Source: Eledone cirrhosa | Lineage: Eukaryota | NCBI GenBank assembly: GCA_964016885.1 | Contig: OZ024744.1 | Location: forward strand, 1,426,001-1,490,000 | Reading direction: 5' to 3' | Length of the DNA: 64,000 bases | Part shown: one piece after another, positions 40,100-53,900 of the stretch | Layout of the letters: every line of letters begins with the position of its first letter | Numbering within the stretch: position 1 is the stretch's first letter | The notes under the pieces: model-generated | What the model saw: the letters and a program-made list of their open reading frames with translations, nothing else | Database searches by the model: none | What the model was told of the DNA's origin: nothing | Position numbers and translations under genes: made by a program

Positions 40100-43000
40100 C
40101 CAAGCTATCTTTCTCTACCTTGTCTTCCCCCAAAACTTCGTTCTTCACCAAGCTATCTTTCTCTACCTTGTCTTCCCCCAAAACTTCGTTCTTCACCAAG
40201 CTATCTTTCTCTACCTCGTCTTCCCTCAAAACTTCGTTCTTCACCAAGCTATCTTTCTCTACCTTGTCTTCCCCCAAAACTTTGTTCTTCACCAAGCTAT
40301 CTTTCTCTACCTTGTCTTCCCCCAAAACTTCGTTCTTCACCAAGCTATCTTTCTCTACCTTGTCTTCCCCTAAAACTTCGTTCTCCACCAAGCTATCTTT
40401 CTCTAGCTTGTCTTCATACAAAACTTCGTTCTTCACCAAGCTATCTTTCTCTACCTTGTCTTCCCCCAAAACTTCGTTCTTCACCAAGCTATCTTTCTCT
40501 ACCTTGTCTTCCCCTAAAACTTCGTTCTTCACCAAGCTATCTTTCTCTAGCTTGTCTTCATACAAAACTTCGTTCTTCAGCAAGCTATCTTTCTCTACCT
40601 TGTCTTCCCACAAAACGTCATTCTTCACCAAGCTAGCTTTCTCTACCTTGTCTTCCGTCAAAACTTCGTTCTTCACCAAGCTATCTTTCTCTAACTTGTC
40701 TTCCCTCAAAACGACGTTCTTCACCAAGCTATCTTTCTCTACCTTGTCTTCCCCCAAAACTTCGTTCTTCACCAAGCTATCTTTCTCTACCTTGTCTTCC
40801 CCCAACACTTCGTTCTTCGCAAGCTATCTTTCTCTACCTTGCCTTCCCCCAAAACTTCGTTCTTCACCAAGCTATCTTTCTCTACCTTGTCTTCCCACAA
40901 AACGTCGTTCTTCACCAAGCTATCTTTCTCTACCTTGTCTTCCCTCAAAACGTCGTTCTTCACCAAGCTATCTTTCTCTACCTTGTCTTCCCTCAAAACA
41001 TCGTTCTTCACCAAGCTATCTTTCTCTACCTTGTCTTCTCCCAAAACTTCGTTATTCACCAAGCTATCTTTCTCTACCTTGTCTTCCCTCAAAACTTCGT
41101 TCTTCACCAAGCTATCTTTCTCTACCTTGTCTTCCCCCAAAACTTCGTTCTTCACCAAGCTATCTTTCTCTACCTTGTCTTCCCCCAAAACTTCGTTCTT
41201 CACCAAGCTATCTTTCTCTAGCTTGTCTTCACACAAAACTTCGTTCTTCACCAAGCTATCTTTCTCTACCTTGTCTTCCCACAAAACGTCATTCTTCACC
41301 AAGCTATCTTTCTCTACCTTGTCTTCCGTCGAAACTTCGTTCTTCACCAAGATATCTTTCTCTACCTTGTTTTCTCCCAAAACTTCGTTCTTCACCAAGC
41401 TATCTTTCTCTACCTTGTCTTCCCTCAGAACTTCGTTCTTCACCAAGCTATCTTTCACGACCTTGTCTTCCCTCAAAACGTCGTTCTTCACCAAGCTATC
41501 TTTCTCTACCTTGTCTTCCCCCAAAACTTCGTTCTTCACCAAGCTATCTTTCTCTACCTTGTCTTCCCCCAAAACTTCGTTCTTCACCAAGCCATCTTTC
41601 TCTACCTCGTCTTCCCTCAAAACTTCGTTCTTCACCAAGCTATCTTTCTCTACCTTGTCTTCCCCCAAAACTTTGTTCTTCACCAAGCTATCTTTCTCTA
41701 CCTTGTCTTCCCCCAAAACTTCGTTCTTCACCAAGCTATCTTTCTCTACCTTGTCTTCCCCTAAATCTTCGTTCTTCACCAAGCTATCTTTCTCTAGCTT
41801 GTCTTCATACAAAACTTCGTTCTTCACCAAGCTATCTTTCTCTACCTTGTCTTCCCCCAAAACTTCGTTCTTCACCAAGCTATCTTTCTCTACCTTGTCT
41901 TCCCCCAACACTTCGTTCTTCGCAAGCTATCTTTCTCTACCTTGCCTTCCCCCAAAACTTCGTTCTTCACCAAGCTATCTTTCTCTACCTTTTTTCCCAC
42001 AAAACGTCGTTCTTCACCAAGCTATCTTTCTCTACCTTGTCTTCCCTCAAAACGTCGTTCTTCACCAAGCTATCTTTCTCTACCTCGTCTTCCCTCAAAA
42101 CTTCGTTCTTCACCAAGCTATCTTTCTCTACCTTGTCTTCCCCCAAAACTTTGTTCTTCACCAAGCTATCTTTCTCTACCTTGTCTTCCCCCAAAACTTC
42201 GTTCTTCACCAAGCTATCTTTCTCTACCTTGTCTTCCCCTAAAACTTCGTTCTTCACCAAGCTATCTTTCTCTAGCTTGTCTTCATACAAAACTTCGTTC
42301 TTCACCAAGCTATCTTTCTCTACCTTGTCTTCCCCCAAAACTTCGTTCTTCACCAAGCTATCTTTCTCTACCTTGTCTTCCCCTAAAACTTCGTTCTTCA
42401 CCAAGCTATCTTTCTCTAGCTTGTCTTCATACAAAACTTCGTTCTTCACCAAGCTATCTTTCTCTACCTTGTTTTCTCCCAAAACTTCGTTCTTCACCAA
42501 GCTATCTTTCTCTACCTTGTCTTCCCTCAGAACTTCGTTCTTCACCAAGCTATCTTTCACGACCTTGTCTTCCCTCAAAACGTCGTTCTTCACCAAGCTA
42601 TCTTTCTCTACCTTGTCTTCCCCCACAACTTCGTTCTTCACCAAGCTATCTTTCTCTACCTTGTCTTCCCCCAAAACTTCGTTCTTCACCAAGCTATCTT
42701 TCTCTACCTTGTCTTCCCCCAAAACTTCGTTCTTCACCAAGCTATCTTTCTCTACCTCGTCTTCCCTCAAAACTTCGTTCTTCACCAAGCTATCTTTCTC
42801 TACCTTGTCTTCCCCCAAAACTTTGTTCTTCACCAAGCTATCTTTCTCTACCTTGTCTTCCCCCAAAACTTCGTTCTTCACCAAGCTATCTTTCTCTACC
42901 TTGTCTTCCCCTAAAACTTCGTTCTCCACCAAGCTATCTTTCTCTAGCTTGTCTTCATACAAAACTTCGTTCTTCACCAAGCTATCTTTCTCTACCTTGT

Positions 43001-44610
43001 CTTCCCCCAAAACTTCGTTCTTCACCAAGCTATCTTTCTCTACCTTGTCTTCCCCTAAAACTTCGTTCTTCACCAAGCTATCTTTCTCTAGCTTGTCTTC
43101 ATACAAAACTTCGTTCTTCAGCAAGCTATCTTTCTCTACCTTGTCTTCCCACAAAACGTCATTCTTCACCAAGCTAGCTTTCTCTACCTTGTCTTCCGTC
43201 AAAACTTCGTTCTTCACCAAGCTATCTTTCTCTAACTTGTCTTCCCTCAAAACGACGTTCTTCACCAAGCTATCTTTCTCTACCTTGTCTTCCCCCAAAA
43301 CTTCGTTCTTCACCAAGCTATCTTTCTCTACCTTGTCTTCCCCCAACACTTCGTTCTTCGCAAGCTATCTTTCTCTACCTTGCCTTCCCCCAAAACTTCG
43401 TTCTTCACCAAGCTATCTTTCTCTACCTTGTCTTCCCACAAAACGTCGTTCTTCACCAAGCTATCTTTCTCTACCTTGTCTTCCCTCAAAACGTCGTTCT
43501 TCACCAAGCTATCTTTCTCTACCTTGTCTTCCCTCAAAACATCGTTCTTCACCAAGCTATCTTTCTCTACCTTGTCTTCTCCCAAAACTTCGTTATTCAC
43601 CAAGCTATCTTTCTCTACCTTGTCTTCCCTCAAAACTTCGTTCTTCACCAAGCTATCTTTCTCTACCTTGTCTTCCCCCAAAACTTCGTTCTTCACCAAG
43701 CTATCTTTCTCTACCTTGTCTTCCCCCAAAACTTCGTTCTTCACCAAGCTATCTTTCTCTAGCTTGTCTTCACACAAAACTTCGTTCTTCACCAAGCTAT
43801 CTTTCTCTACCTTGTCTTCCCACAAAACGTCATTCTTCACCAAGCTATCTTTCTCTACCTTGTCTTCCGTCGAAACTTCGTTCTTCACCAAGATATCTTT
43901 CTCTACCTTGTTTTCTCCCAAAACTTCGTTCTTCACCAAGCTATCTTTCTCTACCTTGTCTTCCCTCAGAACTTCGTTCTTCACCAAGCTATCTTTCACG
44001 ACCTTGTCTTCCCTCAAAACGTCGTTCTTCACCAAGCTATCTTTCTCTACCTTGTCTTCCCCCAAAACTTCGTTCTTCACCAAGCTATCTTTCTCTACCT
44101 TGTCTTCCCCCAAAACTTCGTTCTTCACCAAGCCATCTTTCTCTACCTCGTCTTCCCTCAAAACTTCGTTCTTCACCAAGCTATCTTTCTCTACCTTGTC
44201 TTCCCCCAAAACTTTGTTCTTCACCAAGCTATCTTTCTCTACCTTGTCTTCCCCCAAAACTTCGTTCTTCACCAAGCTATCTTTCTCTACCTTGTCTTCC
44301 CCTAAATCTTCGTTCTTCACCAAGCTATCTTTCTCTAGCTTGTCTTCATACAAAACTTCGTTCTTCACCAAGCTATCTTTCTCTACCTTGTCTTCCCCCA
44401 AAACTTCGTTCTTCACCAAGCTATCTTTCTCTACCTTGTCTTCCCCCAACACTTCGTTCTTCGCAAGCTATCTTTCTCTACCTTGCCTTCCCCCAAAACT
44501 TCGTTCTTCACCAAGCTATCTTTCTCTACCTTTTTTCCCACAAAACGTCGTTCTTCACCAAGCTATCTTTCTCTACCTTGTCTTCCCTCAAAACGTCGTT
44601 CTTCACCAAG
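40100..44610. repeat. Higher-order duplication with 2,541-bp period (53 monomers)
   Basis: Seven rare variants occur exactly 2541 bp apart: TTCTCCACC 40381/42922, TTCAGCAAG ~40576/43117, GCTAGC 40632/43173, ACGACG 40711/43252, AAGCCATC 41589/44130, CTAAATCTT 41761/44302 and CCTTTTTTCCC 41988/44529. Confidence 0.9.
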
Positions 44611-46188
44611 CTATCTTTCTCTACCTTGTCTTCCCTCAAAACATCGTTCTTCACCAAGCTATCTTTCTCTACCTTGTCTTCTCCCAAAACTTCGTTATTC
44701 ACCAAGCTATCTTTCTCTACCTTGTCTTCCCTCAAAACTTCGTTCTTCACCAAGCTATCTTTCTCTACCTTGTCTTCCCCCAAAACTTCGTTCTTCACCA
44801 AGCTATCTTTCTCTACCTTGTCTTCCCCCAAAACTTCGTTCTTCACCAAGCTATCTTTCTCTAGCTTGTCTTCACACAAAACTTCGTTCTTCACCAAGCT
44901 ATCTTTCTCTACCTTGTCTTCCCACAAAACGTCATTCTTCACCAAGCTATCTTTCTCTACCTTGTCTTCCGTCGAAACTTCGTTCTTCACCAAGATATCT
45001 TTCTCTACCTTGTTTTCTCCCAAAACTTCGTTCTTCACCAAGCTATCTTTCTCTACCTTGTCTTCCCTCAGAACTTCGTTCTTCACCAAGCTATCTTTCA
45101 CGACCTTGTCTTCCCTCAAAACGTCGTTCTTCACCAAGCTATCTTTCTCTACCTTGTCTTCCCCCAAAACTTCGTTCTTCACCAAGCTATCTTTCTCTAC
45201 CTTGTCTTCCCCCAAAACTTCGTTCTTCACCAAGCTATCTTTCTCTACCTCGTCTTCCCTCAAAACTTCGTTCTTCACCAAGCTATCTTTCTCTACCTTG
45301 TCTTCCCCCAAAACTTTGTTCTTCACCAAGCTATCTTTCTCTACCTTGTCTTCCCCCAAAACTTCGTTCTTCACCAAGCTATCTTTCTCTACCTTGTCTT
45401 CCCCTAAAACTTCGTTCTTCACCAAGCTATCTTTCTCTAGCTTGTCTTCATACAAAACTTCGTTCTTCACCAAGCTATCTTTCTCTACCTTGTCTTCCCC
45501 CAAAACTTCGTTCTTCACCAAGCTATCTTTCTCTACCTTGTCTTCCCCTAAAACTTCGTTCTTCACCAAGCTATCTTTCTCTAGCTTGTCTTCATACAAA
45601 ACTTCGTTCTTCACCAAGCTATCTTTCTCTACCTTGTTTTCTCCCAAAACTTCGTTCTTCACCAAGCTATCTTTCTCTACCTTGTCTTCCCTCAGAACTT
45701 CGTTCTTCACCAAGCTATCTTTCACGACCTTGTCTTCCCTCAAAACGTCGTTCTTCACCAAGCTATCTTTCTCTACCTTGTCTTCCCCCACAACTTCGTT
45801 CTTCACCAAGCTATCTTTCTCTACCTTGTCTTCCCCCAAAACTTCGTTCTTCACCAAGCTATCTTTCTCTACCTCGTCTTCCCTCAAAACTTCGTTCTTC
45901 ACCAAGCTATCTTTCTCTACCTTGTCTTCCCCCAAAACTTTGTTCTTCACCAAGCTATCTTTCTCTACCTTGTCTTCCCCCAAAACTTCGTTCTTCACCA
46001 AGCTATCTTTCTCTACCTTGTCTTCCCCTAAAACTTCGTTCTTCACCAAGCTATCTTTCTCTAGCTTGTCTTCATACAAAACTTCGTTCTTCACCAAGCT
46101 ATCTTTCTCTACCTTGTCTTCCCCCAAAACTTCGTTCTTCACCAAGCTATCTTTCTCTACCTTGTCTTCCCCCAACACTTCGTTCTTC

Positions 46189-49100
46189 GCAAGCTATCTT
46201 TCTCTACCTTGCCTTCCCCCAAAACTTCGTTCTTCACCAAGCTATCTTTCTCTACCTTGTCTTCCCACAAAACGTCGTTCTTCACCAAGCTATCTTTCTC
46301 TACCTTGTCTTCCCTCAAAACGTCGTTCTTCACCAAGCTATCTTTCTCTACCTTGTCTTCCCTCAAAACATCGTTCTTCACCAAGCTATCTTTCTCTACC
46401 TTGTCTTCTCCCAAAACTTCGTTATTCACCAAGCTATCTTTCTCTACCTTGTCTTCCCTCAAAACTTCGTTCTTCACCAAGCTATCTTTCTCTACCTTGT
46501 CTTCCCCCAAAACTTCGTTCTTCACCAAGCTATCTTTCTCTACCTTGTCTTCCCCCAAAACTTCGTTCTTCACCAAGCTATCTTTCTCTAGCTTGTCTTC
46601 ACACAAAACTTCGTTCTTCACCAAGCTATCTTTCTCTACCTCGTCTTCCCACAAAACGTCATTCTTCACCAAGCTATCTTTCTCTACCTTGTCTTCCGTC
46701 GAAACTTCGTTCTTCACCAAGATATCTTTCTCTACCTTGTTTTCTCCCAAAACTTCGTTCTTCACCAAGCTATCTTTCTCTACCTTGTCTTCCCTCAGAA
46801 CTTCGTTCTTCACCAAGCTATCTTTCACGACCTTGTCTTCCCTCAAAACGTCGTTCTTCACCAAGCTATCTTTCTCTACCTTGTCTTCCCCCAAAACTTC
46901 GTTCTTCACCAAGCTATCTTTCTCTACCTTGTCTTCCCCCAAAACTTCGTTCTTCACCAAGCTATCTTTCTCTACCTCGTCTTCCCTCAAAACTTCGTTC
47001 TTCACCAAGCTATCTTTCTCTACCTTGTCTTCCCCCAAAACTTTGTTCTTCACCAAGCTATCTTTCTCTACCTTGTCTTCCCCCAAAACTTCGTTCTTCA
47101 CCAAGCTATCTTTCTCTACCTTGTCTTCCCCTAAAACTTCGTTCTTCACCAAGCTATCTTTCTCTAGCTTGTCTTCATACAAAACTTCGTTCTTCACCAA
47201 GCTATCTTTCTCTACCTTGTCTTCCCCCAAAACTTCGTTCTTCACCAAGCTATCTTTCTCTACCTTGTCTTCCCCTAAAACTTCGTTCTTCACCAAGCTA
47301 TCTTTCTCTAGCTTGTCTTCATACAAAACTTCGTTCTTCACCAAGCTATCTTTCTCTACCTTGTCTTCCCACAAAACGTCATTCTTCACCAAGCTATCTT
47401 TCTCTACCTTGTCTTCCGTCAAAACTTCGTTCTTCACCAAGCTATCTTTCTCTAACTTGTCTTCCCTCAAAACGTCGTTATTCACCAAGCTATCTTTCTC
47501 TACCTTGTCTTCCCCCAAAACTTCGTTCTTCACCAAGCTATCTTTCTCTACCTTGTCTTCCCCCAAAACTTCGTTCTTCGCAAGCTATCTTTCTCTACCT
47601 TGCCTTCCCCCAAAACTTCGTTCTTCACCAAGCTATCTTTTTCTACCTTGTCTTCCCACAAAACGTCGTTCTTCACCAAGCTATCTTTCTCTACCTTGTC
47701 TTCCCTCAAAACGTCGTTCTTCACCAAGCTATCTTTCTCTACCTTGTCTTCCCTCAAAACATCGTTCTTCACCAAGCTATCTTTCTCTACCTTGTCTTCT
47801 CCCAAAACTTCGTTATTCACCAAGCTATCTTTCTCTACCTTGTCTTCCCTCAAAACTTCGTTCTTCACCAAGCTATCTTTCTCTACCTTGTCTTCCCCCA
47901 AAACTTCGTTCTTCACCAAGCTATCTTTCTCTACCTTGTCTTCCCCCAAAACTTCGTTCTTCACCAAGCTATCTTTCTCTAGCTTGTCTTCACACAAAAC
48001 TTCGTTCTTCACCAAGCTATCTTTCTCTACCTTGTCTTCCCACAAAACGTCATTCTTCACCAAGCTATCTTTCTCTACCTTGTCTTCCGTCGAAACTTCG
48101 TTCTTCACCAAGATATCTTTCTCTACCTTGTTTTCTCCCAAAACTTCGTTCTTCACCAAGCTATCTTTCTCTACCTTGTCTTCCCTCAGAACTTCGTTCT
48201 TCACCAAGCTATCTTTCACGACCTTGTCTTCCCTCAAAACGTCGTTCTTCACCAAGCTATCTTTCTCTACCTTGTCTTCCCCCAAAACTTCGTTCTTCAC
48301 CAAGCTATCTTTCTCTACCTTGTCTTCCCCCAAAACTTCGTTCTTCACCAAGCTATCTTTCTCTACCTCGTCTTCCCTCAAAACTTCGTTCTTCACCAAG
48401 CTATCTTTCTCTACCTTGTCTTCCCCCAAAACTTTGTTCTTCACCAAGCTATCTTTCTCTACCTTGTCTTCCCCCAAAACTTCGTTCTTCACCAAGCTAT
48501 CTTTCTCTACCTTGTCTTCCCCTAAAACTTCGTTCTTCACCAAGCTATCTTTCTCTAGCTTGTCTTCATACAAAACTTCGTTCTTCACCAAGCTATCTTT
48601 CTCTACCTTGTCTTCCCCCAAAACTTCGTTCTTCACCAAGCTATCTTTCTCTACCTTGTCTTCCCCTAAAACTTCGTTCTTCACCAAGCTATCTTTCTCT
48701 AGCTTGTCTTCATACAAAACTTCGTTCTTCACCAAGCTATCTTTCTCTACCTTGTCTTCCCACAAAACGTCATTCTTCACCAAGCTATCTTTCTCTACCT
48801 TGTCTTCCGTCAAAACTTCGTTCTTCACCAAGCTATCTTTCTCTAACTTGTCTTCCCTCAAAACGTCGTTATTCACCAAGCTATCTTTCTCTACCTTGTC
48901 TTCCCCCAAAACTTCGTTCTTCACCAAGCTATCTTTCTCTACCTTGTCTTCCCCCAAAACTTCGTTCTTCGCAAGCTATCTTTCTCTACCTTGCCTTCCC
49001 CCAAAACTTCGTTCTTCACCAAGCTATCTTTTTCTACCTTGTCTTCCCACAAAACGTCGTTCTTCACCAAGCTATCTTTCTCTACCTTGTCTTCCCTCAA

Positions 49101-50990
49101 AACGTCGTTCTTCACCAAGCTATCTTTCTCTACCTTGTCTTCCCTCAAAACATCGTTCTTCACCAAGCTATCTTTCTCTACCTTGTCTTCTCCCAAAACT
49201 TCGTTATTCACCAAGCTATCTTTCTCTACCTTGTCTTCCCTCAAAACTTCGTTCTTCACCAAGCTATCTTTCTCTACCTTGTCTTCCCCCAAAACTTCGT
49301 TCTTCACCAAGCTATCTTTCTCTACCTTGTCTTCCCCCAAAACTTCGTTCTTCACCAAGCTATCTTTCTCTAGCTTGTCTTCACACAAAACTTCGTTCTT
49401 CACCAAGCTATCTTTCTCTACCTTGTCTTCCCACAAAACGTCATTCTTCACCAAGCTATCTTTCTCTACCTTGTCTTCCGTCGAAACGTCGTTCTTCACC
49501 AAGATATCTTTCTCTACCTTGTTTTCTCCCAAAACTTCGTTCTTCACCAAGCTATCTTTCTCTACCTTGTCTTCCCTCAGAACTTCGTTCTTCACCAAGC
49601 TATCTTTCACGACCTTGTCTTCCCTCAAAACGTCGTTCTTCACCAAGCTATCTTTCTCTACCTTGTCTTCCCCCAAAACTTCGTTCTTCACCAAGCTATC
49701 TTTCTCTACCTTGTCTTCCCCCAAAACTTCGTTCTTCACCAAGCTATCTTTCTCTACCTCGTCTTCCCTCAAAACTTCGTTCTTCACCAAGCTATCTTTC
49801 TCTACCTTGTCTTCCCCCAAAACTTTGTTCTTCACCAAGCTATCTTTCTCTACCTTGTCTTCCCCCAAAACTTCGTTCTTCACCAAGCTATCTTTCTCTA
49901 CCTTGTCTTCCCCTAAAACTTCGTTCTTCACCAAGCTATCTTTCTCTAGCTTGTCTTCATACAAAACTTCGTTCTTCACCAAGCTATCTTTCTCTACCTT
50001 GTCTTCCCCCAAAACTTCGTTCTTCACCAAGCTATCTTTCTCTACCTTGTCTTCCCCTAAAACTTCGTTCTTCACCAAGCTATCTTTCTCTAGCTTGTCT
50101 TCATACAAAACTTCGTTCTTCACCAAGCTATCTTTCTCTACCTTGTCTTCCCACAAAACGTCATTCTTCACCAAGCTATCTTTCTCTACCTTGTCTTCCG
50201 TCAAAACTTCGTTCTTCACCAAGCTATCTTTCTCTAACTTGTCTTCCCTCAAAACGTCGTTCTTCACCAAGCTATCTTTCTCTACCTTGTCTTCCCCCAA
50301 AACTTCGTTCTTCACCAAGCTATCTTTCTCTACCTTGTCTTCCCCCAAAACTTCGTTCTTCGCAAGCTATCTTTCTCTACCTTGCCTTCCCCCAAAACTT
50401 CGTTCTTCACCAAGCTATCTTTTTCTACCTTGTCTTCCCACAAAACGTCGTTCTTCACCAAGCTATCTTTCTCTACCTTGTCTTCCCTCAAAACGTCGTT
50501 CTTCACCAAGCTATCTTTCTCTACCTTGTCTTCCCTCAAAACATCGTTCTTCACCAAGCTATCTTTCTCTACCTTGTCTTCTCCCAAAACTTCGTTATTC
50601 ACCAAGCTATCTTTCTCTACCTTGTCTTCCCTCAAAACTTCGTTCTTCACCAAGCTATCTTTCTCTACCTTGTCTTCCCCCAAAACTTCGTTCTTCACCA
50701 AGCTATCTTTCTCTACCTTGTCTTCCCCCAAAACTTCGTTCTTCACCAAGCTATCTTTCTCTAGCTTGTCTTCACACAAAACCTCGTTCTTCACCAAGCT
50801 ATCTTTCTCTACCTTGTCTTCCCACAAAACGTCATTCTTCACCAAGCTATCTTTCTCTACCTTGTCTTCCGTCGAAACTTCGTTCTTCACCAAGATATCT
50901 TTCTCTACCTTGTTTTCTCCCAAAACTTCGTTCTTCACCAAGCTATCTTTCTCTACCTTGTCTTCCCTCAGAACTTCGTTCTTCACCAAG
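46189..50990. repeat. Regular 29-monomer higher-order repeat (1,391 bp), 3 full copies plus a partial fourth
   Basis: The TTCGCAAG deletion monomer lies at 46189, 47580, 48971 and 50362 (spacing 1391 = 28x48+47). Three near-identical 469-aa minus-frame translations result, and only a few SNPs separate the copies. Confidence 0.95.
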
Positions 50991-53900
50991 CTTTCTTTCT
51001 CTACCTTGTCTTCCCTCAAAACGTCGTTCTTCACCAAGCTATCTTTCTCTACCTTGTCTTCCCTCAAAACATCGTTCTTCACCAAGCTATCTTTCTCTAC
51101 CTTGTCTTCTCCCAAAACTTCGTTATTCACCAAGCTATCTTTCTCTACCTTGTCTTCCCCCAAAACTTCGTTCTTCACCAAGCTATCTTTCTCTACCTTG
51201 TCTTCCCCCAAAACTTCGTTCTTCACCAAGCTATCTTTCTCTACCTTGTCTTCCCCCAAAACTTCTTTCTACACCAAGTCATCTTTCTCTACCTTGTCAT
51301 CCCTCAAAACTTCGTTCTTCACCAATCTATCTTTCTCTGCCTTGTCTTCCCCCAAAACTTCGTTCTTCACCAAGCTATCTTTCTCTACCTTGTCTTCACA
51401 CAAAACTTCGTTCTTCACCAAGCTATCTTTCTCTACCTTGTCTTCCCACAAAACGTCATTCTTCACCAAGCTATCTTTCTCTACCTTGTCTTCCGTCAAA
51501 ACTTCGTTCTTCACCAAGATATCTTTCTCTACCTTGTCTTCTCCCAAAACTTCGTTCTTCACCAAGCTATCTTTCTCTACCTTGTCTTCCCTCAGAACTT
51601 CGTTCTTCACCAAGCTATCTTTCTCTACCTTGTCTTCCCCCAAAACTTCGTTCTTCACCAAGCTATCTTTCTCTACCTTGTCTTTCATGAAAACGTCGTT
51701 CTTCACCAAGCTCTCTTTTTCTACCTTGTCTTCCCTCAAAACATCGTTCTTCACCAAGCTATCTTTCTCTACCTTGTCTTCCCTCAAAACTTCGTTCTTC
51801 ACCAAGCTATCTTTCTCTACCTTGTCTTCCCCCAAAACTTCGTTCTTCACCAAGCTATCTTTCTCTACCTTGTCTTCTCCCAAAACTTCGTTATTCACCA
51901 AGCTATCTTTCTCTACCTTGTCTTCCCTCAAAACTTCGTTCTTCACCAAGCTATCTTTCTCTACCTTGTCTTCCCCCAAAACTTCGTTCTTCACCAAGTC
52001 ATCTTTCTCTACCTTGTCATCCCTCAAAACTTTGTTCTTCACCAATCTATCTTTCTCTACCTTGTCTTCCCCCAAAACTTCGTTCTTCACCAAGCTATCT
52101 TTCTCTAGCTTGTCTTCACACAAAACTTCGTTCATCACCAAGATATCTTTCTCTACCTTGTCTTCTCCCAAAACTTCGTTCTTCACCAAGCTATCTTTCT
52201 CTACCTTGCCTTCCCTCAGAACTTCGTTCTTCAACAAGCTATCTTTCTCTACCTTGTCTTTCCCCAAAACTTCGTTCTTCACCAAGCTATCTTTCTCTAC
52301 ATTGTCTTCCCCAAAACTTCGTTCTTCACCAAGCTATCTTTCTCTACCTTGTCTCCCCTCAAAAAGTCGTTCTTCACCAAGCTATCTTTCTCTACCTTGT
52401 CTTCCCCCAAAACTTCGTTCTTCACCAAGCTATCTTTCTCTACCTTGTCTTCCCACAAAGCTTCGTTCTTCACCAAGCTATCTTTCTCTACCTTGTCTTC
52501 CCACAAAACGTCGTTCTTCACCAAGCTATCTTTCTCTACCTTGTCTTCCCACAAAACGTCATTCTTCACCAAGCTATCTTTCTCTACCTTGTCTTCCGTC
52601 AAAACTTCGTTCTTCACCAAGATATCTTTCTCTACCTTGTCTTCTCCCAAAACTTCGTTCTTCACCAAGCTATCTTTCTCTACCTTGTCTTCCGTCAAAC
52701 CTTCGTTCTTCACCAAGCTATCTTTCTCTACCTTGTCTTCCCCCAAAACTTCGTTCTTCACCAAGCTATCTTTCTCTACATTGTCTTCCCCAAAACTTCG
52801 TTCTTCACCAAGCTATCTTTCTCTACCTTGTCTTCCCCCAAAACTTCCTTGTTCACCAAGCTATCTTTCTCTACCTCGTCTTCCCCCAAAACTTGGTTCT
52901 TCACCAAGCTATCTTTCTCTACCTTGTCTTCCCCCAAAACTTCGTTCTTCACCAAGCTATCTTTCTCTACCTTGTCTTCCCACAAAACTTCGTTCTTCAC
53001 CAAGCTATCTTTCTCTACCTTGTCTTCCCACAAAACGTCGTTCTTCACCAAGCTATCTTTCTCTACTTTGTCTTCCCTCAAAACTTCGTTCTTCACCAAG
53101 CTATCTTTCTCTACCTTGTCTTCCCCCAAAACTTCGTTCTTCACCAAGCTATCTTTCTCTACCTTGTCTTCCCTCAAAACTTCGTTCTTCACCAAGCTAT
53201 CTTTTTCGACCTTGTCTTCCCCCAAAACTTCGTTATTCACCAAGCTATCTTTCTCTACCTTGTCTTCCCTCAAAACTTCGTTCTTCACCAAGCTATCTTT
53301 CTCTACCTTGTCTTCCCACAAAACGTCATTCTTCACCAAGCTATCTTTCTCTACCTTGTCATCCGTCAAAACTTCGTTCTTCACCAAGCTATCTTTCTCT
53401 ACCTTGTCTTCCCTCAAAACGTCGTTCTTCACCAAGCTATCTTTCTCTACCTTGTCCTCCCACAAAACTTCGTTCTTCACCAAGCTATCTTTCTCTACCT
53501 TGTCTTCCCCCAAAACTTCGTTCTTCGCAAGCTATCTTTCTCTACCTTGTCTTCCGTCAAAACTTCGTTCTTCACCAAGATATCTTTCTCTACCTTGTCT
53601 TCCCACAAAACTTCGTTCTTCACCAAGCTATCTTTCTCTACCTTGTCTTCCCACAAAACTTCGTTCTTCACCAAGCTATCTTTCTCTACCTTGTCTTCCC
53701 ACAAAACGTCGTTCTTCACCAAGCTATCTTTCTCTACCTTGTCTTCCCACAAAACGTCATTCTTCACCAAGCTATCTTTCTCTACCTTGTCTTCCGTCAA
53801 AATTCGTTCTTCACCAAGATATCTTTCTCTACCTTGTCTTCTCCCAAAACTTCGTTCTTCACCAAGCTATCTTTCTCTACCTTGTCTTCCCTCAAACCTT

